Of a stretch of 64,000 nt of DNA, positions 25,740 to 38,127 are shown one piece after another. The first letter of the stretch is position 1, and each line of letters starts with the position of its first letter. The stretch comes from Euprymna scolopes (taxonomy: Eukaryota). Made by a program: the position numbers and the translations under genes. The stretch lies in assembly GCA_053919585.1 (NCBI GenBank), contig CM132793.1. One strand, written 5' to 3'. The notes beneath the pieces are model-generated. The model was not told the origin of the DNA. It worked only from the letters and a program-made list of their open reading frames with translations, and made no database searches.

Positions 25740-25895
25740 TTGTGCTAAAATTGATTTATTTAGAAATCCATTCTTAATATGGGAAGGAGGTTGCATTGTT
25801 ACTATTCTGTACTTTCACCTGAAAATTCAATAAACAGAAATTTTATAAAAAATAAAATTTTACTTGAAAATACTATTAAAAATAGCATAGTGACA
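25740..25895 (+). mobile_element. Merlin-like MITE, old degenerate copy
   Basis: Internal CCATTCTTAA.ATGGGA.GG..CTATTCTG.ACTTT.ACCT..AATT.AATAAA matches the family body. TIRs are eroded. Confidence 0.55.
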
Positions 25896-26731
25896 TAGAT
25901 AGACAAGCACTGGTTTTTCAAACTCTAAACACTAAACGTTCGTTTAAAATGACACAGCTACATCAAGAATGAATCTATTTATGGATAAATTTGTTATCGA
26001 AGGAGCTAAAATCTGCTAAAATGTCTAAACTAAACACTACTATGCGTATTATTTGGTCTGGTCCTCTCTCTTCAATACATCTAATTCAACTCTACAACTT
26101 GTTTCATTATTTCTCATAACTAGCGCTTATTTTTTACGTATGAAACTGGAAGATAGCCTAATAGGTTCCTTCAGTTATAATCCATTTATTTATTTTACTT
26201 TTCACATTAGAATGTCAGTAAAAGCACAAAATTTGCTGGTCCACCTTGTCATTTGGATGAAACAGCACCCCCAACTTCACAAGTCAGCCAGTTTAGTTAG
26301 TTCCTCGAAAACAGTTTTCCCACTTAAAAAATAGTGAGATTTCTAAGTTAATTGCTAAGGAAATAATTAGTATTCGGCAAGCATTAACTCCACAATTACA
26401 CTTAAGGTAACATATAGAACAGAAGGTCAATATATTTTGCTATAATAGGACCAAACAGATGGACAGGAAATATCCTGCCACAATCAGTGAAAAAATGAAC
26501 AGCTAGACAGACTGTTTGATATATTTTAAGGCTGAAGAGTCAGTGGATGAAACGCGGAATATTCAGTGTAGCTTAATCCCCATGTATATTTGATAAGTTA
26601 CTTACTAGATCTACCTACGTATTGCGCACTTTTGAAGTAAATACTTAAAGTTTACGTATAAATTTATACTTTCGTATATTACTTTTATGCGAGTAAATTA
26701 AGTAGTTATATATATATTAAAGAAAAAATAA

Positions 26732-26778
26732 TTGCTCCTGATGATAATCGGACGCCCATATAGAAAGCGCTTCAGTAG
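26732..26778 (+). ncRNA. Minimal hammerhead-like motif in a Penelope-type relic between (TA)n tracts
   Basis: CTC-CTGATGA-TAATCGGACGCCCATATA-GAAA-GCGC-TT-CAGTAG, with palindromic stem III AGCGCT. Confidence 0.45.
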
Positions 26779-26921
26779 AATATGGCTGAACGTTTGGGCG
26801 CCATTTTATACAAGATGCCGACTGAAATAAAAGCCTGCTTGGCCAATCAAAAAGATTTCTAGAACTAGCGGGAAAAATGACTTGTTTAATATGTGCTTGA
26901 ATAATTATTGCTGCCTGTACG

Positions 26922-26974
<53 letters not shown>

Positions 26975-27684
26975 GAAAAATATTTAGTTTAAAATTACGG
27001 CCTATTAAATTCTGCGTAATTCAATATTGAATCTCTCGATTTTGGTAAGTTTTCATCCTTAAAGTTCTAAATCATTCCAATATTGTTTATCGTGTAGATG
27101 AACTGTTTTGATTTTGCAGAATATGAGTTTCTTAAACCAAAAAGATTTGAATAGGTTTTCTTTTTGATCTCTTTTTAAATTTATATTTTGGTATTCATCA
27201 ATTCTGCCTTTTTTTGATTGAATAAATCAGATTAAGTAACAATATCAAATAAGTAAAGTAAATAAAATAGAATTAAAAATATTTGTATAAAAGAATTAAA
27301 ATACTATGCTAATGTGGGTGGCTTTTAAATAAACATGAATATTGTCACCAGGTAATCGGTCAAGGTTACGATAGGACAAAAGTTTGTAGATGTGATGTGT
27401 TTTCATATCCAATTATATGAACACTAATGCTTTTAAGTGTTAGTGTTGTACATGTCATAAAGTAGTGGAATCGGCAATGTTGTTGCAACTATATTCGATT
27501 CGAAAATTATAGGAAGCTTAGTTTATAAATTAGGTTATTTTAAACTTACAAGCGCATATAAAATAATTATCGATCTAAGATAACTCAATCAGTATTTTAG
27601 AAATACAATAACCTATGGTGACTTGACTAAAACGTCGACCTTTTTTTTTTAACTCCATACGCAAAATATTATAAATATAGTTAG

Positions 27685-28360
27685 GTTGGTTGGTTGTTTT
27701 TGTTTTACGGCATATCAACCCTTTTCAGGTTATTTAATGCCGAATCCAAAGATTTTCAAGAAAAAATTTTAATAGAATATATTTGTTGTTTTTAAGTCAG
27801 TTTCTATTTAACTCATAGTTGGAACCCTAACATGTACTACCACTCTGGGTCAGAGTGGACCTGGGAGCAATGGTAATTAAAGGGTGGCTCCACACTCCCC
27901 GAAGCCCACAAGCTGGGGCCTCACCATTGACTAACACTCTTTTGATGGGATGTCTCCTAGCGGCTTCGGCTGCATGGAGACAGGGTAGTACCAGTCAAGG
28001 ATTCGTCACTTGACACTCAGCCCAACAGGTGAGGGGCCGGGAACCGGCCCAGCACCTGTTGGACTGAGGTACACCGCCTGGGTAATACCTAGGAGGTCCA
28101 CCCTCCCAGGCCATGCCACCGGGCTTTCCGGTGGGGCAAGTTTATTGCTTGCTGCCTGAGGCGCCCCGACTGGGGAATGCCGACGCGGTTACTCAGGCAA
28201 TTTTTAAAATTGCAGGAGTGCCCCTCCTTTAGGGGAGCCTGCGGGGTTCCCACTTTCCGGCCTTGTGCCACATTTTGCTGAGGTGGGCAGCAAATAAATA
28301 TCTACCCTCTGCAGGGGGGGGCAGTCGGTCTATTCTAATGCCCCACCGACAGGGACAAAT
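27685..28360 (-). mobile_element. SINE-like element (LINE-shared ends) interrupted by a GC-rich insertion
   Basis: Body ACCACTCTGGGTCAGAGTGGACCTGGGAGCAATGG matches 37890-38125 in opposite orientation. Minus tail GATATGCCGTAAAACAAAAACAACCAACC. Confidence 0.8.
27951..28300 (+). other. GC-rich, highly structured insert (about 9 hairpins, UUCG loops, AAATAAATA tail), probable retroposed structured RNA
   Basis: Stems TGTCTCC/GGAGACA with GCGGC-TTCG-GCTGC; GTCAAG/CTTGAC; CTCAG.CCAACAGGTG/CACCTGTTGG.CTGAG; CCACCGG/CCGGTGG; TGCCTGAG/CTCAGGCA; TTTGCTG/CAGCAAA. Confidence 0.7.
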
Positions 28361-29279
28361 ATAGTTAAGCATGCATTAAAATATGGCGGTATGTACGCTT
28401 CAATCTTTTCCTCGTCACATGTGCTTAAATTGTACTCTTTCTGGGATAATTAATGAAGAAGTTTTTTATTTTTACTTTTAAAAGAAACTCATTTTATCCT
28501 CCACCTTTTCTTTTTCAATCTGAATAAATGAATATTTCTTAAAGATCTACTAGTCAGCCCATACCATTCAAAGAAACCAGCGCAATATGTACCATGAAGT
28601 CAATAAAATAATAGGCAGGTAATATAAATATACTTGTAGTATTGAAATTGTTTACTAATAATAGATGTATCAGCACTTTATTGATCTACTTATAGATAAT
28701 AAACATGAGAAAAATACCTACATTTTTTTTTAATTTTTCATATACTTTATACACTTATAACGTTGATATAAAATAAGGATTTGTTCATTCAGTAAAAATA
28801 GGTGGAATACTCGGTAGAATGGGTAAGTTGAAAAAATGATCTCTCAATACATTGAACCAGGTTAAGAGGGGAAGACTTAACGTTCCGGGTGAGACATGTG
28901 ACTAGATGAAACGTCCAGATAATTAACAGCTCTATGTATGTGGAAAACGTTTTGTATCAGACTTTTTAAAATTCGAAAGAAATACATGATTGTGACATGT
29001 GTGGCTGCCCGTGAAATTGTGAAGAAAAAGTTGCACAATTTCCTGTCGCACTCTTCTCTGGAGTCGACATTGGCGGATTCCAATGGCAAGAAGATTGGAA
29101 TATAGAAATAAGCGAGGAGCACATAATATTTGGAAATGGTCAATCTGATACTGGCCAGCCTTACCATAGCATAACTTATCATGTTAAGTGTTTTTAACTT
29201 TTAAATTCAGGTGAACATCTTTCGGCTAAAACAAAGATATTAACCGAAATAAGCACTACCGGAATCAACATTTCCGTCA

Positions 29280-29499
29280 ACTCTGCCGCTTGCCTGTTTC
29301 CCACCTGACTACAACTTGGACGTTTTCAAGTCCAACATAAACTAACTCCTGACAAACCGCCACCTTAAGACACTCTAACTAAACACCCAATACTAATGAT
29401 TACTACAATACTATCTCAGTGATTACTGTACACGCAATAACCCTTATCCCTGAGTGGCCTTCGGGCCTTGATAAGTGGTGAACCCCATGTAAAAAAAAA
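29280..29499 (+). mobile_element. CR1/L2 family-2 3' end
   Basis: Same ORF end and 3'UTR as 18950-19090 (GGGCCTTGATAAGTGGTGAACCCCATGTAAAAAAAAA). Confidence 0.85.
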
Positions 29500-29919
29500 T
29501 ATTATGCAAGTAAGATAAATTTTGCGTTTTGATGGCAATGAAGTAGCTGAAGACGTTTTTGATACCGCAAAGGTTTTGAAACATTTCTCACTCACAAAGT
29601 TGTTGAGATGCTGGAGAAAGCGGTAATCTGTAGGTGAAACGCTTGATTATGACAGTTTATTCAGTTCTATAGTCCAATTTAAAATTCTTTTATAGAAAAC
29701 TACTTTAAAATCTTAAACTTAAATTACTAATTTTCATTTGGTGAGCCCAATAGTGCTAATATGCCATTAAATAGGACATACTTTGAAGAATCGATAAAAG
29801 TCAATCAATAAGCGCGCATTTTGCTACAAATACGATAATTTCTTTCGGCAATTTGTCGTCACGTGATATTTACTCACTTATGTGTAAGCATAAGACCTAG
29901 AAACAGTCTGTATTTAGAA

Positions 29920-30175
29920 TTATCTCCTATTTTCTTTTTTGCTGTGACTTACACTTGACTAAGTATAAAGTGTGGAGAACTTCCTTCTAACTCACTCGTC
30001 CAGAAACAATTGCTCCTGGTGGCAAGACAGGATCTAGACAACCAAGCGTGATACTAGGTACAGGAGTTGTCTCCAACAAATACAGCGCCTAGCATTTCCA
30101 AAATGGTCACCTACCTGGTAGTGGCCAGCCTCATCGTTGTGAAAATTAATGTGTTATTTAGACAACACATACACA
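29920..30175 (-). mobile_element. 5S-derived SINE, copy 2
   Basis: Collinear with 9965-10232 (CTCGTCCAGAAACA, GCAAGACAGG, AGCGTGATACTA, AAAATGGTCACC). Followed by CA/TA repeats. Confidence 0.65.
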
Positions 30176-30861
30176 CATGTAATACATATATACACATACA
30201 TGTTTAGCTTATAAAGTTGGGTTTTCACTTTATCGTAAAAAAATACGTAGAACTTTGGTAGAGGGCGAAATTAAAACAATTGAGTACTTACTTGATGGTT
30301 TAATTACAGGTCGTTTTCTTTACTTTCAATTTATACTGCGTTACCTTGCGGCTTTGTGAAAGCCTGCTAGTTGCATTCTAGATTAAGTGGTATTTGAGGA
30401 GTCTTCTATGAAGATTAGTAATTATCCTTGGCACGAAGAACTGTTATTTTTAATACACTAATCAATTAATAATTAAGATTAATCTAATGAGGTTATAGTC
30501 AACAGGACCCAGCAATCGTTCTTACTGAACAGATATGTCAAGAAAGATCTAGCTTATGAGGTTAAATTGTTTCAAAGATACCATAACAAATTGGGTTCCT
30601 AAGGTCGTTAAATTAAGAAAAATAAAAAGAATCCGGCGTCGTCAATCTTTTTTAAAACGGATTTTCAATTGAAAAAAGTGCCGCATTCCGAGCGGGTCAA
30701 TATTTTAATTCAACCATAAAGAATATGCGATTTAAAACGATGTATTGAACTGATCACCCAATGAGGAGACGATCCAATTTGTAATTTCTCACATGGATTA
30801 ATTTTCAGCGATGCTCTATATGATTACATATTTTTGTACTAGTTTATCGTATACTATTATG

Positions 30862-31047
30862 GGTACTCATCCACTTATTGGTCCGTGCTGAAATAACGTT
30901 ATTATTTGAAAAGACATTCTTAACATGGGAGGGTGTTTTATACCTATTCTGCACTTTAACCTTACAATTGAATAAAAAAATAATAAAACTTTAAACTTGG
31001 AAATACGATTTAAAAAAATAGCACGGATCAGCAAGTGCATTAGCACC
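30862..31047 (+). mobile_element. Merlin-like MITE, copy 3 (TIR variant)
   Basis: Family body. TSD CTATTATG/CTGTTATG (7/8). Both TIRs carry CACTT in place of CAGAG. Confidence 0.8.
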
Positions 31048-31127
31048 CTGTTATGCTTGCAATGCATTTTGTATCAACTTAAGGAATTCCCTATCTGACA
31101 CATAAGAGAAAATCTAATACTTGCGTG

Positions 31128-31161
<34 letters not shown>

Positions 31162-32049
31162 AATTGGCTACATTATAGAATGATATCTAGCTGCAATTGT
31201 GTGAATGGCATGTAAAAAGACATTAAGATCAAGACATTTTGCATATCTTTGTTGAAAAGACCCCAATTTACTATCGCAATTTCAAATATAACCTTTACAA
31301 AACACGAAAATATGTATATAATATAGAAACTGCAGGATAAATATGTCAAGTGATTTAATAGAAAAGGTATATTTGTAAAGAAGCACGAAAGAATCTACCG
31401 AATAATGCTTTCACTTGCAAATAATTACAGGGAATGCGTAGTAGAAATTCAGATAGAGGTAAACTTTTGTAAATGTCTGCAATCAAAGGAATAACAAATC
31501 ATTGAAAAATAAGAATCGGGAAATTGAATGATATAAAAAAGAACGGATAGGATAGAAACTGCAGTAAATACCTTGCAAAAAATATAAAATAAACCCAGAC
31601 AGTAAAAGAAAGTTATAAATAATAAAAAAAAGTAACCAAACAATGATTGATCAGATTAAAATTGGATATTTTGTCGGGAAAGACGACCAAATGTGCCAGC
31701 AGCTTTACCACAAAAGAAATTAAATTAAATATACAGACAGGAGTCATCACATATAAGCATGATCTAGTAACACATAAATAGAAATACGTGAACATATAAA
31801 AAGAATTAAAGGAAACGATTAACAATAACAAAGAACATGTTTGTGCAAGACGACGGTGACTAAACACTCCAAGCAATGGAGTTTGATTTTCACCACTGAT
31901 CTTTAATTTATTTTTAAGTCCAAAAAACATTTTAATTCTTCAATTACCAAAGACTGACTACAATCAATTTTTTCTCAGTTATACTTTTTTCTAACATTGA
32001 AATAACAGTAAATTTAGCATCTTTAAATTCCAAAGAAAACTTATATATT

Positions 32050-32530
32050 CAGCATAACTCAAAAGGGATTCGCTCCAGTTGATACCACATACAATAGGTG
32101 TAAATGGTCAGAGGTAGGAGGAGAAAGCACTAAGTAGACTTGCACTCGATGAATGGGAGGAGTACCAAGTCTATCTGGAGATTTATCGCCACCAAATTCC
32201 TGTGGATACGAATACTTACCAATCATAAACAACTGCTGCGATCACTCATTTGCACATGAAACGTGATACTTGGACTCCTTGAAACCGGATTTGCGTTTTC
32301 CAACGGGCCATCCCAAGAATCTGCACACCGATAATATCTATTTTAATAATAGATATTTCAACAGAACACCTGATCGAATAGCTCAATCACGTAATAACCG
32401 CGAATTACTTTGCGAAGAGCGACAAAGATGCAGGGAATCGACCATCGGCATACTACACAACAGATCATTAAAGAAAGCTGAAGATAGCCCTGTTCTAAAT
32501 CTAAGAACTCATACAAAATACACGTACTCA
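32050..32530 (+). mobile_element. Decayed LTR-retroelement integrase-like fragment
   Basis: RFPTGHPKNLHTDN resembles the integrase G.P..I.TDNG motif. Heavily mutated. Confidence 0.3.
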
Positions 32531-34984
32531 TGATTAATTAATTGCTTAGACATGTACAGTATAGTTGCTAAAATGTTATATTTAATGTGGAAGCCAAGGA
32601 AAAGACGAGGATTTGAAATGCTAACCGAAGTAAACATCTGGCGAATATAAAAATACGAACAGACATTTGTAATAAATTTTCTATTTTAACTACTTTTAAT
32701 CATAACCATAATCCAGCTTAACGACAGTTTAGAGGTGAATCCAAATGCATAAACACAAAGATAGACCAGCTGATGTGTATGAATATGTAAGCATTATCTG
32801 AAAGAGCAATGAAATATATATCCTAATATATGCAACCATAAATTTACATAGATGCGAAGTAATAAACTGTAAAGAGAAAATTTTATTTTACTTTGTCCTT
32901 AGATGGCATGAAACTGCATCATAAAGTGATGAGGACACTTGTAATTATCAGATCTGGATGGGAACTTAATCAAATGAGCATAAATTATCACAACTGTATA
33001 ATACTTGCATAGAAGAAAACTCATTGAAGGCAAAGTATTAGAGCAGGAATAAATATTTGGGCAGTATCCTTACTACAGGATTACGTACACCCCACCCCAA
33101 TAAAACTCGTACAAACATTTGATTTTATCAATGTGTATAAAGTTGCAACAAACATTTCAAAACTAAAACTACCTTTGTATCATTGTTCAAAGTATTGATT
33201 ATCTAAATCAGTTCGTATATTCTCTAAAATATGATCCAAGTAGCAAGATGGCGTTGGAGGAAAACACGTCGCTCGAAAATGCCACATGAATGCATTTCTT
33301 TTGGGATTGATGACTTTTTCTATTATTGTCTGTAATCTATTTTTTCACTGTTTGTTGCGGTACACTATCTTCTGGGTACTCACCAATACAAGTAGGTTGG
33401 ATTCACGTCTGGTGATTGATATTTACCTAACATCACATTTTCTATTGGTTATTTTCCGAAATGCTACTTAAGCCAAACTATGCAATCTTTCGATGGGGGG
33501 GGCACGTGGCCTCGTCTTGTTAGATACTTTTATCTTGGTTATTCCCTCTGCTTCATAACTATGATGCCCACGTATTCAGTGTGAGATGCCTTATTTTGTT
33601 TTTAAACAAATATCGACTGATGAGGCTATTTACAGAAATTGCTACCTAAGCTGTGCATTTTCCTTAGAGTAATGCCCTCTTAAGCATACCTCCTGGGTCG
33701 ACTATACACAGCTAAACGTATTTCTTATGTACAGATGACGGTAGAAAGCGCGCTTTGTCAAATAACCGAATATGATCCATGAAGTTTGAATTTCTTCCCG
33801 TTCTGTTAATGTTTTTTCCTTATCAGGCTTGTACCACAATGTATTTAATGGTAAAGTATTTTCTGAGTAGAATGATTCTTTCATAAGCCTGGAATGTTAA
33901 GATTAATAATTTAATATATTGGATACAGTTCCGTGAAGAGAAAAATTAAAAAAAATATTATAAACAAAAATATCGGGTTTTGTTTTGTCAACCTGGAATA
34001 TCTTGATACCTAAATGAATGACGAAAAATAATGAGCAACTATAACATAGAATTAGCAAATAAATGACGATGCACTTCATTATATATCGAAAGATTATGTT
34101 AGGAAGTAAATATTAGTGAATGATATAATCAAAATAAGAAAGAATGAAGTATATTGCTTTCACCCTCTATGCATATTACATGGTATCAAGGAAACAGGAA
34201 AGCTTTGCAGATAGTACATGCTGGAATGATGAATCAATATGGGAGAAATTAACGTAATACAAACAATTGTTGGTAGTTTGGAAATGATAAAACAATTCGA
34301 ACTATGGGAAATTGAAATTAAATGGTAGCTAATAAAACACTATTGATAAAAGCAATCTGGAAGATTATTCTTAACCATATAAAAGCTGTGTCGTCAGCCG
34401 GGTTGGAAACATTAATTTTCTTCCAAATCAGTCTCTTTTTAGGAAATATCTCGCAAATGGAAGATCATTGTTTGGCAAATAATTTCGCTTTAGAACAAAA
34501 AGCTAAGTTCATACTGTCACATGGAAACGTAAGGAATGGTCAACGAACGTTGCTCTTCATAACTTTTCGACTTCAAAAATATTTATTTGGTTAGAATTTT
34601 ACAAAAGGGAAGATCAAAAAAAATAACCCCAACGTCACAATTGTCAACATCTTCTACATAAGAGCAGAACCGAAGTTATCGGCATAGGAATGATTTCCAC
34701 TGTTTCAGTGACCTTGACATTTTGCCTAGATGACCCAAAATCAAATTATTTTCCAGTTTCACATGACTGATAAGTTAACCCGGTTTTATGTGTAAGCTAA
34801 ACCACAAAAAAAATAGACATCATTACCTTGACGGAGATAATGTGTCAAGCATATTCATGCGTTCTTAGTTTTTCTATTACCCGTTTTAACTATTAAACAT
34901 AAGCATTTACTTTGGTAGGTCTGACGCTTACCTTCAAAATAAGATTAAAAAAACGGCTTGTCTATTTATATTGACTCATTTTCA

Positions 34985-35016
<32 letters not shown>

Positions 35017-35895
35017 TATGTAAAAGTATGTGTGTCTGTACATTACTTTACGCAATAACTCTGTCAATTTTTAGTCTACATACTCGAAATTTGATATACA
35101 GTTTACTGAGATTTGGGAATATTAATGTGATCGGTTTTTGACCAGAGTTGGCGATTAAGGGGTCAAAGTTCAACGATTTGACTTTTGAGAACTCTAGAAA
35201 AAATTACTCCGACAATTTGGGTTCTACGCACTTGAAATTTTAGATATAGGTTCCTTGGACATGGATCTAACTTAACTTTATTTAAGCTCCAAACAAATTT
35301 TTAGGGTCATAATAGGGGTCAAAGTTTTTAAAAAATTGACCTTTGTGGTCTCTCCCGAATTACTCAGATAATTTCGGGTCTAAATATTTGAAATTTTACA
35401 TAAAGGGTATTGAGAGATAGGGCAAGTTTTTTCATCAGTTTGGGTCGAAAAATATCGGTTACCAATATATAAATGTATGTAGGTATGTCTGTTTGCATGT
35501 CTGCCGTAAACTTTCAATAGAGGCGACAGATTTTACCAAGATCAGTATCTATCTATCGTTCTATCTTTTATACGATAAATATCGAAAAATTGGCGTAAAA
35601 TCTTATCTTCCCCTTCAACTAGGCACTTTTCTACAGGGAGGGGTCACTTTTTCGCCGATATTTTTTAAAGTTATCCTCTCCTTTAGATTGTCTAGCCTTA
35701 ATTTTTAAAAATGTCGCTTCCGGTTTGGCGGTGGTCGTAACAGCATAAACGTTAGGTTTTACCCCGTTCTTTTCCTCCTTTGTGGTACGGGTTCGAGCCT
35801 GCCTTCCTAATACCCCTTTGTGTTTAGTTTTTTTTTTTTTTTTTTGCTCAACATACACATCCAAACACCCGGGCAACGCCAGGCGCCCATGCTAG
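34985..35895 (+). mobile_element. Helitron/DINE-like composite; 35470-35895 is copy B
   Basis: Ends CCCGGGCAACGCCAGG hairpin then GCTAG|T (35892-35895). Homologous to 16709-17345. Upstream GGGGTCAAAGTT internal repeats. Confidence 0.65.
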
Positions 35896-37593
35896 TAGTA
35901 AATATATTTCAAATAGCTCGAAAATGGTAGGATTAATATTGACAAGCTTATCAAACTTTGAACAGGTTAGTAAGAAAAGCCCACTTGAAACTAATACCAT
36001 GAACTGTGCGTTTTACGTGCTAAAAACAATAGTTTGAAAACTTCTGGGGCAACTGTCATTTTATCCACTACACCACAGATGTTTTGCAGTAGTACACTAC
36101 GAAAGAGTAATAGAAATATTTTCTCGGTGACTCCGAGATTTCCATTAGCAACATAAAGTATATTTTAGGATTCTGCTTTTATAGCAAGTCTAATCAAAGC
36201 ATTTTTATTTTTTAAATTCAAAAGTTTTTTAGCATATTATTGGTTTGATAGCATTCACCGGAATCTAATACACGCATATATACGAATAACCTTGACTACT
36301 TTTACCAAACTACTGCCCATTTTTTAATCTATAAAATTTTGTACAGAATTTGGGCCTGTGGAACAAATTCAATTTGTTTTTTAGCTGGTAGAAATAACTA
36401 AGTACTATATATTAAAAAAATGAATTTGGCAGACGAAAATTGGCATGCGTTTGTTTTTTTCGGACAACTGATTTTATTTACATTGTTTCCATATGAAATT
36501 ATTAAACTCTTTTTTAATTCGCCTCCTTTAAACTTGGTTTCGAACCTCAACGATCCTGTCTGTTAATGATACATTTGGAAAAATAAGTACTTAACCTAAA
36601 AAGTATATTTAAATATTAAATAGGTGTTGATTCTATAACGAATGAACGACTGAAAAAATAAAGAAATTGGGAAATTTCCTAGATTTTTTTTTTGCGAAAT
36701 TGGAACGCTGTTTAGACTGTACATAACATTTACGACTGAAACAAAGCAGAGCAGGAAGTGAAATTGGATAGAAAAATAGACTTAATAAAAAAAAAGGCGG
36801 GCTTTCCTGGATACTAACTCGGATGCCGCCTCTTGTAAGTTAATGAATTCAAATTTCAATATTTGGATTATTAAAGTGACTGTATCATAAATAGGAACAT
36901 TGACTTCTATTAAAGCCCACGCGTCCAGATCGTGATATTTAACTCATTGGATTACTCAATCTTCTGGAATGACATGAATTTATATTATAAATTTCAATCT
37001 CAACTATATCATTGTCGTGGTTTACGTAAGGCGAGCGGTGCGTTACTTACTAATAGTCAGAAATGGCTTCATGGTCTAATTTCGATCATTTGTTAAATGT
37101 ACTTGTTTGAATTTGTCATGCTATTTTATATAAACAGACGTCATTATTTCTTTCACTTCTAACCATCAAGGTTTTCCAATCTATATACGCTCGTAATTTA
37201 TCTTATTTTTCTAGTAGTTTCCTCGAAAGTGATGAGCTTACCTTTTGAAAATCAATTGAATAAAAAATCGTATGTTATATATTTGCACATGCTTTTTTTC
37301 ATTTTTATTCACCTTAGTCTCTTTCGATATCTATATTGAATATGTTAATGATATATTCAGAAAAAGCCGACTCCCTTACACCAACACTGTTTTCAGTTTT
37401 GTTATACAGAACAGAAAATATAGTTAATATAATTTATAATTGAATTTTATAGGTTGAAATGTTTTATACAAATTCTTAAACTGTATAAGCGATATTTTTA
37501 TAGAACTTTGTGAATGTTGTTTTATGACTGGCATCCTTTGATATGAATAATTTGTATATTTATTTGCGGACTGTTATATTCATCTTCATGGTT

Positions 37594-37636
37594 TCTCGAC
37601 GTTTCGGTCAACATTTTTTCTTGCCTTCGTCAGGTG
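37594..37636 (-). ncRNA. Hammerhead-like motif typical of Penelope pLTRs (non-canonical)
   Basis: Minus strand CAC-CTGACGA-AGGCAAGAAAAAATGTTGACC-GAAA-CGTCG. No clear UH site. Confidence 0.35.
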
Positions 37637-37889
37637 AAAAACCGCGACCGGATAGGAATGTCCAGTCTCTTACCTGTATCCCCAGTAATGATGCTTTCCA
37701 TTGTTGTCGTTTCACCACGTTTTGTTTGCTAACAAATCCTCTAGCCGGCTTTGTGTAGGGTTGAGACCGTTATCGTCAGTTCTCACCTTGAACCGTTTAG
37801 AGAACGCCTCCATCCACTGCGCTCCGACGAGCGATCAAAGTTGGATCTTTAGGTCTTATGAATACAAGATGTTTGTTGGTCCTGTATAT

Positions 37890-38127
37890 CACCTTAAACT
37901 ATATCCAGTGATGAGGACCCAGCTTGCGGTATTTGGGGTGTGTGGCGCCACCTTTTCATTGCCATTGCTTCCAGGCCCACTCTGACCCGGAGTGGTAGTA
38001 CCAGTAAGGGTCCCAACTATGGGACTTGAAAACAACAAATATATTCTATTCAAACATTTTTCTTCAAAGTCTTTGGATTCGGCATTAAATAACCTGAAAA
38101 GGGTTGATATGGCGTAAAACAAAAATA
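37890..38127 (+). mobile_element. SINE-like element, 5'-truncated copy of the 27685-28360 family
   Basis: CCATTGCTTCCAGGCCCACTCTGACCCGGAGTGGTAG..GGCATTAAATAACCTGAAAAGGGTTGATATGGCGTAAAACAAAAA. Confidence 0.8.

Noticed and set aside
33615-33650. CTGATGAG..GAAA hammerhead-like string
   Set aside because: No credible stem II, stem III or stem I pairing.
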